Positions 52,274-61,700 of a stretch of 64,000 nt of DNA are shown here, in pieces. The notes beneath the pieces were generated by a model. The model did not search any database, had not been told where the DNA came from, and worked only from the letters and a program-made list of their open reading frames with translations. The translations under genes and the position numbers were made by a program. The stretch lies in assembly GCA_025603075.1 (NCBI GenBank), contig MU626288.1, positions 62,001-126,000 of the forward strand. Direction: 5' to 3'. Position 1 is the first letter of the stretch, and each line of letters starts with the position of its first letter. This DNA comes from Neoconidiobolus thromboides FSU 785. Taxonomy: Eukaryota > Fungi > Entomophthoromycota.

Positions 52274-52860
52274 TTAATCTGAAGTAGTTGATAAACACTG
52301 ATTTACTACTTCCAATAAACTTTGATTTTCTAATGCAGCTGATACTCTTTCTTTATCATTTAATTGTTTGTTTACTATTTTTAAACTATTAAACAAAATC
52401 ATGTTAAAATAAATAAAAAAGTTTACCAGCTAATTCTGACTGATGAGTACCTTCTCTAACGGTAATATCAATCTAATATAAAAAAATTTAACTTTTAAAT
52501 CTTCAATCAATTAATTATTTTACTTACCTTAAACCTAGGAGGTAAACTCCTTAATAATCTCACTCTAATACATAAACCAATTAAAGTAGCCATAGAACAA
52601 TGAGGAATTGTAGGAGTAAATTGAACATGAACTTTATTTTTAATATCATTAATAAAAATATGATCTTTTTGAATCACATTTAATTGTTCTAAAGTCAATG
52701 GATGTTCTGGATCATTAATATTCTTAATTAAATCAAATATCTCTAAGGAATCAAATTCATCTCGAATATTTTCATCAAATGCTTCTTGACCTAACTCTCG
52801 ACTGATAGATGTGGTATTATAAATTATTGGATTCGCGTTGACTAATTTACTACTACCCAT
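52274..52860 (-). CDS. CIA2: Cytosolic Fe-S assembly component Cia2/MIP18/FAM96B, 3 exons
   Basis: Motifs [15 protein letters not shown] and [22 protein letters not shown]; spliced tail [26 protein letters not shown]. Confidence 0.93.
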
Positions 52861-53178
52861 ATTTTTTGTAAGTTTTAATGAAAATCAATTTTTAATCTTA
52901 ACTTTTATTCTTTCAAATTTTCCTTAGTCTGCATAATTTGTTATCTTTTTTCGAAAAGGCATAAATTGCATCTTTAACTATTATAATTTTGCAATCGAAA
53001 GACTTATGATCTAAACTTAAATTTGATCTCATACTTACAATTGAATCACTAATTTTGAAATAATGATAAAAAATGACGCTCAAATTTGTATAATAGGTAG
53101 ATAATAAGTATATAAACCCCCTATCATCTCCTTAAAATAATAAAACTATAATTAACTTAACTAAAAATCAATTCAAAT

Positions 53179-53436
53179 ATGGTACTTCGTAAAGCAACTT
53201 CCTTACTTCATTGGAGAATGGATCCTGAAATTTTTCCATTAGCTGCAATTCTAGGTGGAATTGGAGCCATTGCTGGTTATACTATGTATCGAAAAAAAGA
53301 ACAACATACAAATCAACATGATGTTATTGATGGTGAATTGAAAACAAATGGGCGATTAAGAACGCATATGAAAGCTAATATTGAGCCCTCCGAGTTAAAA
53401 AATCTGGATCATATTCATGGTGGAAAGAAAGAGTAG
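53179..53436 (+). CDS. B12D/NDUFA4 (MLRQ)-like single-TM mitochondrial micro-protein, copy 1
   Basis: MVLRKATSLLHWRMDPEIFPLAAILGGIGAIAGY: short basic leader, PE(V/I)(Y/F)PL motif and one TM helix. Confidence 0.65.
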   Translation: MVLRKATSLLHWRMDPEIFPLAAILGGIGAIAGYTMYRKKEQHTNQHDVIDGELKTNGRLRTHMKANIEPSELKNLDHIHGGKKE

Positions 53437-53686
53437 ATGTAGAAGGAAAAATGAGATATAATAAATTTGTGTATTTTTTTAGTCTGGTTTTATCGTTTTA
53501 ATTTTCTGATTTTTAATTTCCTTAATTTTTTTTTGAAATTCAGTTGATTTAGCCTTTTACAATCAATCAACATTATAATCAAGATGATTTTAACCATTTA
53601 ACTATAGCTATTCAGCAATGATAACAATATCATAATATATAAAATAATTAATGATAGCAAGAAAATTAAAAAATAACTTATTAAAT

Positions 53687-53897
53687 TTAAACCGATCAAA
53701 GCAAAGCCTTTTAATCCCTTTAAAAAATTAAACCCACTATTTACTACCTACTGGTGCTGATATTGGGTGTAGTTGAAACTATTATTGGGTATATATTATA
53801 TGTAAAGACTAAGCAATATATCTGTAGTAGGAAAATAGAAAGAGAGAGGAAGGAGTTGAATTTGGAAGACGGAACTAAGTTAGAAAAAAAGAATTGA
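53687..53897 (+). pseudogene. Decayed B12D-like copy 2
   Basis: LNRSKQSLL, frameshift, then KIKPTIYYLLVLILGVVETIIGYILYVKTKQYI...ERKELNLEDG. No ATG. Confidence 0.5.
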
Positions 53898-54199
53898 TGA
53901 GGTTAAAGGGAATAATTAACATTGAGTATGATAATGATAAGAAATAAACCTTATTTATTACTTTTTCCTTAATGCATTTTCGTTTTCGGAATTTAGGAAC
54001 AATTAAACTGCTGGTGGAGCTTTAATGTTTTTGACTTTTTATGATTGAATCATTAATGCTAATATTCTATAAGCTTTAGTTCCTAAGTTACAGTTATTTA
54101 ATAATGATAGTATAATGATAGTAGGCTCATATAGTGATAATTATAGTATATAAAAAATGAATTGATAATATAAAATAAATAAATTAGTAAGTCCATAAA

Positions 54200-54461
54200 A
54201 TGTATCTAAACCGAGTAAGGTCTTTATTTCATTTTAAAGTTGACTCAAATCCACCCATTAATAACAGTATTAAGCATTGTTGAGGTTGGTAATGTTTGTG
54301 CTCTTTATAGAGGAGACCAGACCTTTAACTATAATAAGAAAATGGATAAGGAAGAATTAAGATTAGATGACAGAAACAAAAAAGAAGTGAAAGTGAAAGT
54401 GAAATCTGAGGAATTAAACAACTTAAGTGAGGCTATTGATGTTAGTAGTGATCATAAATAA
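54200..54461 (+). pseudogene. B12D-like copy 3, frameshifted
   Basis: MYLNRVRSLFHFKVD, then a 1-nt deletion; the shifted frame continues QIHPLITVLSIVEVG...KKEVKVKVKSEELNNL. Confidence 0.65.
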
Positions 54462-54686
54462 GTTTAATAAGTTTCTCTCGTTTTTTATGAATTGTTTGAA
54501 GATTAATTTTAGATATTTTTAACTTGATCTTTTATCATCTATATCATTAGTATGATTAAACTTTAAGCTCTTAACTGGTGATTAAACAATGATATAACAA
54601 TGATAAGAAGCTTGCCTAGTCAAATCACGATATATAAAGAAGTAAACAATGATGAAGTCAAAGTAGAAAATAAAATAAATAATTGA

Positions 54687-54950
54687 ATGTTTTTAAATCG
54701 AGCCAAATCTTTATTACATCTAAACATTGAGCCACAAATTTATCCTTTAATAATGATTGTAGGCGCTGGTTGTACTGTTGCAGGGTATACTATCTTTAAA
54801 GAGTCAAAGCGATATATTAGTGATAAGCATAGAGATATGACTGTACTAAATTCAGGTGGTAGACATAAAGAAGAAATCAAAGTTCATGTCAGTCCAGAAA
54901 AGTTAGATCATTTACAAGGAATTATTGAAAGTGAGAAGAAGTCGAAATAA
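54687..54950 (+). CDS. B12D/NDUFA4-like micro-protein, copy 4
   Basis: MFLNRAKSLLHLNIEPQIYPLIMIVGAGCTVAGY. Confidence 0.68.
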   Translation: MFLNRAKSLLHLNIEPQIYPLIMIVGAGCTVAGYTIFKESKRYISDKHRDMTVLNSGGRHKEEIKVHVSPEKLDHLQGIIESEKKSK

Positions 54951-55244
54951 ATATTAATATTTTTAACCTTTCTTAGCTTTGAAGTTTTAAATAGTCAATT
55001 TTGCAGATTATAAATTTATCAAATCTTTTTATAAACAGTTATCATTTTAAATTTGCCCAAAAAATGTCAATTATTTATAAAAAGATTTGACATTATTTTG
55101 AAACTTATTACGTTTGTTAATTTGATTTCTAGGTATGGTTAATTTACTAAAATGACATAAAAATGACAAGGAGTTTATATGCTAAACTATAGTATAAAAA
55201 AGAGACATTATGATAGTAAAAGAATAAAAGAAAAATCTTTAAAA

Positions 55245-55514
55245 ATGTTTTTAAACCGAGCAAGATCTTTATTACACTTGAAAATTGAGCCAGAAGTTTA
55301 CCCTTTGGTAGCGATTGTAGGCGTTGCTGCTACTATTGGTGGTTATACTGTTTATAAAGAATCAAGACGATATATTAATAATCAACAAATAAATAAAAAT
55401 ATATTATACTCAGGTGGTAGACATAAAGAGGAGGTCACAGCTCATGTTAATCCAGAAAAGTTGGACCATTTACAAGGAATTATTGAGAGTGAAAGTGAAC
55501 ACAAGTCAAAATAA
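55245..55514 (+). CDS. B12D/NDUFA4-like micro-protein, copy 5
   Basis: MFLNRARSLLHLKIEPEVYPLVAIVGVAATIGGY. Start set at 55245 by alignment with paralogues and TATA position. Confidence 0.68.
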   Translation: MFLNRARSLLHLKIEPEVYPLVAIVGVAATIGGYTVYKESRRYINNQQINKNILYSGGRHKEEVTAHVNPEKLDHLQGIIESESEHKSK

Positions 55515-55723
55515 ATTTGTATTTTTTATTTTATTTTTGATTAGCTTTTATGATTAGTTTTCTATGCTTTTATACTTCAAGTCACTGTTATAGATTCAAC
55601 CTCTAAGCTCTTATTTATAATTACTCAATAGTAGCAAAATAATCATAGTAAGCTTATATACTAATATTTATAATATATAAAAAAGAAACAAGGCTAGAGA
55701 TCAAAGATAAAATAAATATTAAG

Positions 55724-55917
55724 ATGATCTTAAAGCAAAATCTTTACTGTATAAAAAAATCCAACCAGAAGTTTATTCATTTGTATTGTTATTAGGTATT
55801 ATCGGGCCTATTTCTGCATAAATTCTACATATAAAGGTGAAAGAACATGATGATAGCAATGTGGATGAAAAGGAATTAAGTTTAGAAGGGGAAAATAGAA
55901 GGATAAAAAATGAATAG
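55724..55917 (+). pseudogene. B12D-like copy 6, frameshift plus internal stop
   Basis: ATG ATC TTA AA, then a ~4-nt deletion, then AKSLLYKKIQPEVYSFVLLLGIIGPISA*ILH... Confidence 0.6.
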
Positions 55918-56370
55918 CAAATTTAAAAGAAATTGTTAAAATTGAGAGTAAATGGAAGTAAGTTTAATAAATATTTCAACTTTTTTGTTTTTTATATAGT
56001 TATTGAAATTTATATCTAAAAATAAAATTGTGATCATTTTTAAACTAAATTTATAGTATACAATATAGAATAAATAATATTTATATAAATAGTTTACCAT
56101 TATTACTACTATAACATTATTTATATTGTAGTGAAAAATAAAAAATCATTGTTAGTTATTTTGTCTTTCTTTTTTGTCTAAAAAATAAACTACTAATATC
56201 AATAATAACAATGATAATGATATAACGCTATTAATATAAATAAGTATTGATTCAACGATAAATTATTATTAGGGTTAGTGCTATTGTTGTTATCAATATA
56301 TGATACAGTGCTTAAAAAGTATTCTATTTTGATAGCATACTTTTGTTAATATAATAACAATAATTTATTT

Positions 56371-56446
56371 TTATTATTTATTATTTATTATTATTTATTA
56401 TTATTTATTATTTATTATTTATTATTTATTATTTATTATTTATTTT
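56371..56446. repeat. (TTATTTA)n microsatellite
   Basis: Tandem repeat visible in sequence. Confidence 0.8.
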
Positions 56447-56728
56447 ATCATTATTGTTATGAACCAATGTAGCAGTCATCTCAACATCAATCTCAAAATG
56501 ATAATATTATTTTAATAATACAATTAATCAAAACTAAAATGATGTATAATAAAACAATAATAAAATAATGGCAAAGTATTATTGCTGATACTGGTTTTGT
56601 TGCTAATTTATTATATTGACAAAAATAATCATATTACTTGCTATTATAATGAGATGTTAACAAAATAGCAAAATAAAATAGTAATTATAACACTTTACCA
56701 TTGTTATTCTAACTATTATAGTATAAGA

Positions 56729-56833
56729 TATGGAGATATTTTTTTAATTTCATTACTTTTCCCATCTTTTGAGCGCTATTTGAGTGGAAAGATTATTTAG
56801 TAAAATTCTTAGATAAAAAAATACATTCCCATA
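56729..56833 (-). mobile_element. MITE-like element copy 17
   Basis: TATGGAGAT...GAGCGCTATTTGAGTGGAAA...CATTCCCATA. Confidence 0.75.
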
Positions 56834-57524
56834 CATTATTATCAATATAATACAAATAATAAGTTGTTATTATTGAAATTTATTAGATTATTAGAATTAT
56901 AATAAAAAGAATTTTAGATATCTTAAGGTTCGATAGATAATCATAGGAAATAACCGAACCATGATGTCATACTTGATCGACTTTTATGAATAGAAATAAA
57001 AATAAAAGTTCGGGAAATTAAAAATGGCGCCAATATTGAAGATGTGTTTTAAAAGTTATCAGGAAATTGTCCAACTTTTGTATTATATATAAAATAATCA
57101 AGAAAATAAAGTATATCAAGACATTTTAATTATCTATATAGCTTGTTAAAGTTTAAGATTAGGGGTTGTTTACAGGTTGAAATTAAGGATTAAAGTTAAC
57201 AAATTCACTTCAAATGATATATTAAAATTGTGTCTAAATGCTTTAAACTATATGCAGTAATTTATTTCTAGTCTTAAAAGAGTAAATGGGATAATTTTAA
57301 AATGGAATTCTATTTAGTAAAAATCAAGTCATAAGTAATATATTTCACTAATTTAAAAATAGATTCATCTGTCAAAATTTGAATTGATTCAAAAAAAATA
57401 TTAAAGATTGCGCAGATAAATTGGGATTTTCCTGTCAATTCTAAAAAATTGAAAAGCTGAGTTAATAATGGTCTGATTTTTATCTAAGATCCATCCGAAG
57501 AATGGATTTTAAAAACTTATAATT

Positions 57525-57622
57525 AGTCATCTTTTTTTATTGAAGAACATTACTGCTAATTTTTCCACTTAATAATGCTTAAAAAAATGAACAAATAATA
57601 GAACCAAAAAATAGATTCCTAA
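57525..57622 (+). mobile_element. MITE-like element copy 18 (degenerate)
   Basis: ...TTTTCCACTTAATAATGCTTAAAAAAATG...GAACCAAAAAATAG. Confidence 0.5.
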
Positions 57623-57789
57623 TTCTATTTCTTATTTTAAAAATACTCAAAAATTAAGTAGTGGTCTGATTTTTGAATTATCCGGTAGTTAATATTAGAA
57701 TCTTTATAATATATTTTTATTCTAAAAATTGTCATATTCATTAAACCTGTATTCTAACTACGGTCTATTCAATAATGATCTAATAACCC

Positions 57790-57825
57790 TAGTAAGCTTA
57801 TGGAGTCAAGTTAATAGTATATAAA
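57790..57825 (+). promoter_or_regulatory. Conserved upstream motif TAGTAAGCTTA plus TATA box (B12D-like copy 7)
   Basis: The same motif-to-TATA spacing occurs at 54119, 54604 and 55646. Confidence 0.5.
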
Positions 57826-57858
57826 TAAATAAAATGTGCTAGTAAAAATTTATATCAA

Positions 57859-57920
57859 AACAAACAAACAAACAAAACAAACAAAACAAACAAAACAAAC
57901 AAAACAAACAAAACAAACAA
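57859..57920. repeat. (ACAAACAAA)n microsatellite just upstream of B12D-like copy 7
   Basis: Tandem 9-mers that create an artefactual QTK-repeat ORF extension. Confidence 0.85.
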
Positions 57921-57925
57921 TCCAG

Positions 57926-58126
57926 ATGTTTTTAAATAAATCCAAATCTTTAGCTTTAAAACTTAAACCTGAAGTTTATCCATTGGTAGCCATTTTGACA
58001 TTTGCTCTATCTTTTGGTGTTTATACTATGACCACGAAAACAATGCAACATCTTAATAGTCGACATATCCATACAGTGCCATTTGACTGGGAAGGTAGAA
58101 CTAAATCAGAAGATAAAGACTATTGA
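57926..58126 (+). CDS. B12D/NDUFA4-like micro-protein, copy 7
   Basis: MFLNKSKSLALKLKPEVYPLVAILTFALSFGVY; closest to the canonical B12D motif xLxPEVYPL. Confidence 0.7.
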   Translation: MFLNKSKSLALKLKPEVYPLVAILTFALSFGVYTMTTKTMQHLNSRHIHTVPFDWEGRTKSEDKDY

Positions 58127-58214
58127 ACCTAATGGGGATCATTGAATTTAATTGTATAATTAGTCGAAATAAACCTTTTCATTTTTTAAATACTTTTTAT
58201 GTGACTGTTAAAAT

Positions 58215-58332
58215 TTGGGGATATTTTTTTTTGGCTTGATCACTTTTTTCATCTTTTTAAGCATTATTTAAATGCAAAAATTGGTAGTAAAATTGGTAGT
58301 AAAATTGTTAAATACAAAAATACGTCCCCCCA
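58215..58332 (-). mobile_element. MITE-like element copy 19 (internal 12-bp duplication TTGGTAGTAAAA)
   Basis: TTGGGGATATTTTTT...AAAATACGTCCCCCAT. Confidence 0.7.
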
Positions 58333-58731
58333 TTTGTTTTTGGAAATAAAAACTATATAATAATAAAATGAAGTATTATAAATTTATACTTTAATAAATA
58401 GAATAAAAGTAAAAACAGATAAACAATGACATTAAATTAAAAAAGAAGATAAGTATTGAGACTATAGGATGGGCAATTGAAAATTTTATTACGAATCTAT
58501 GTCTCAATATTGATTTAAAATAAAGCTTATTTTTAAAATCTTTAATTTATCATTTTAATCTCAAATTGATCATCAAGTTAATTTGAATCTAATTATTTAA
58601 TAATAATAAAAACTATAAACTTTATAAATAAAAACTACTTTTAAAAAATCAATTTTATTTTATATTAATGAATAAAGTAAAGATAGGATGCAATTATAAT
58701 ATTATATAATGAAGAAAATAGGATGATTTTC

Positions 58732-61700
58732 TTAGATAAGATAATCCTTAAGAAATGAGATAGAGGAAGGTTTAAACCCAATTTTGCTACCGATCAATGC
58801 AGGTACAATAAGTACAGCCAATAATATAACTTCAACAAGTATAAACAAGATTAAATAACCGATATATCTTCTTCTACGCTTTTTGATTTGTTTCACTGAA
58901 TAGATTGGTGCTGGAATTTGCTGAGATGGTCTTAACCAAAACAACATAGCTGAATGCCAACGATCAATCAATGGAACTAATGTAACTGGGAATAATACAA
59001 TCATAATAAAATGACCAGTAATAAAATCTGTAGCGAAATAAGACATTTCAATGATTTTACATAAAAACTCTCTTAGTGGTTGAGTTAATGCCATAAATCC
59101 TAAGCCTTGAGAACCCCATCTACCAGTCCACCAAGCTACATTACAAGCTTCATTACTTGTTTCCCTGGTTAATAATAAAGATTCAATAATCTGGAAGATA
59201 GCTCTTTGTACAAATACAGATGCTATCATACCCAAAATAGCACTTGGTAATTCCCAATTTTCTAACATTAATAATAATAAAAAGAAAATGATTACAACCA
59301 ATACGGACCATCCATGAGCTATTCCGGCTATTATATTACCAAATGGTTTGAAACACATATTGACGATTGGACCCATTAATAAAGAAACAAAGAATAAGAC
59401 CAATAAGACAGCTGCATTAAGGGCAATAGGACCTAAAGCAGCAGCACCCACACGGAAGATTGCATGTTTACGACCAGTCATACTACCTAAGTAAGAATAA
59501 ATGGCAACCATAACAACTGCAGAAAGAATTGGGAATATAACTTGTGGGAAAATCAAAGCCCATTTATTGGCACGTGGAGTAGGAGCAGAATGATCAACTT
59601 GGCCCAATTTACGACGTTTATAACCGGTAACTTTGGTACGTAAAATACGACAATGAGTAACCCAAGAATATTTAGTTTGTGTTGAATTTCCAGCAGATAA
59701 CCATTTGATAAAATCACGATAATCTAAGATAAAATCAACAGGTGAAAATTCATGAGGATTAAATAAGAAGGGAGCTATACATAATGATAAGGCCATAATC
59801 CAGAAATAAATATAATGTGGCACCCAAATATTAATTGAAGCAAACAAGATCATGAAGAAAATTCTTACACCAGAATAGATACTCGAAGCTGCAAACCTTG
59901 AGTAAAGGTTTGCAAATGAGGTGCGAGTGGTAGCAAAACCACGGCCAGTAGCTATGTAAGTAGCACCACCATAACTTAAATTACTGAGTAATGAAGCAGA
60001 ATAGATTTGATTAGCAAAGATTTCAAATACTGGAGAAAAGGATAAAAAGTGTTTTCCAAGCCTTAATAGAGTACGTGTAAATCCTTGTTCACTGAATACT
60101 TGTAAAAAGAAGGGAAGGTAAGAAATAGCAAACACAATAAAAATGGAGATAATGGTAGCTACAATCCAACTTAGAATAGGCCATACATTGAAACATCCAG
60201 TTGGTTTAGGGGCTGCTGTAAGATCTTCATTCTGTTCACAAATATTTTCATTGGTAACGTATAAACTACCAAGGCCAAGTAAGACTACCATAAGTAATTG
60301 AGTAGCAATCGTAATCATAACATTATTAACATGAAAACCAGGATGAGCGTAATAAAAGGTTAAAAATCGATCTAAAGGAAGTTGGGTACCAAGGTAATAT
60401 TGTTCTCTAGAAAGTATTTGTTCACCCATACCAGTACCGATCTTAGTATTAAAGGATAAAATAGAAGAAAATCCAAGATCACGACCTTTACCACATTGAT
60501 AGTATTCAATATGCTTAATTCTACCACCTCTTTGGAAAGCATTCATACCAGCATAAATATCTTCATTAAGATGTAAACCTTTTTGAGCTTTACTTACACC
60601 ACCACGAGTATTCATAAATATAGAATTTAAGAAATCAGGATGACCATAATGAAGTTTACCACCAATTTTAGCCATAATACGCTGCGTCATGGTACCAAAT
60701 GTTTGTTCTTTACCAGCAGCAACATCTCCTAATACACCGATATTTTCTGAAAAGATATACTCTCTTGCTCCTACAATAGCAACTGGTGGTTTATAATGAT
60801 CTTTTGCATGTCCAGAATAAGGTGAAATGGAAGAATCTACTTCAAACCCTTCAAATTCAGCTAGAATATTACGAATCTTCATGGCTTCTTCAAGGTAATT
60901 ATCTTGGTTAGCATCGATTAATTGAATGTATTCACCTCGCGTAAATATAATGGAGTGATTTTGATTATCAGCTTTACCATCACCAAGGATAGGATGACCA
61001 GGTAGTTCAATCATATATCTAGGTTTTCTTGAACCATCTTCAAGTTTTTCACAATGACCATCGATTAAACAACTGAAATATTGAACTTCTGGTCCATCTT
61101 CGGTTTCTCTGGTTATTTCTAATAGATAGGCAATTTGTAAGTCTGGGTAAGCTTTAAGTAAAAATTCTACATCCTCTTTTTCAGCTGCTGTAAAACTACA
61201 ATATCTTTGCATAGAAATTAAAAATCGGAATTTTCTACGTACCATTATATCAATCTTTCTTTCCAGCATATTACCATGTCCAGAATATAATTTGACCATA
61301 TCTGGGTTCTCAACTCGATATAAAGCTTTAATGGCACGTGCATAATTCATAAATCCAGAAATAGTACGATAAAGGGTTTGAGATCTTAAAGAAGCCCAAA
61401 TTCTAGTACGAAGGACATATTCTGGTGAAGCTGACTTAAAACCAACATAATAAAGTGGCAAATCATCAATTTCGGATTTTTCATCAGCAGAATAGCCTGA
61501 AAACGATCTTATAGAGGATGGTGGATCTTCATCAGTATAAACTGTATTTTCTTCTTCTAATACTTTAGTGTCGTTGATAAAGTTCATCCATTCAAATGAA
61601 TGTAAAGATTTAAGATATTCAAGTAAAGTAACTCTAGTTTGACGGTCTTCTTCACGAATAATTTCTCTTAATGTAAGAAGAATCTTTTCACTGTAATGTG

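Noticed and set aside
46277-57920. Short tandem repeats as CRISPR-like or telomeric arrays
   Set aside because: There are no unique spacers, the units are simple AT-rich microsatellites, and they lie internally between ordinary genes.
57836-57925. QTK-repeat N-terminal extension of B12D-like copy 7, and the 22-aa extension of copy 5
   Set aside because: The first is a 9-bp microsatellite translated from a GTG start. In both cases paralogue alignment and TATA position put the start at MFLN.
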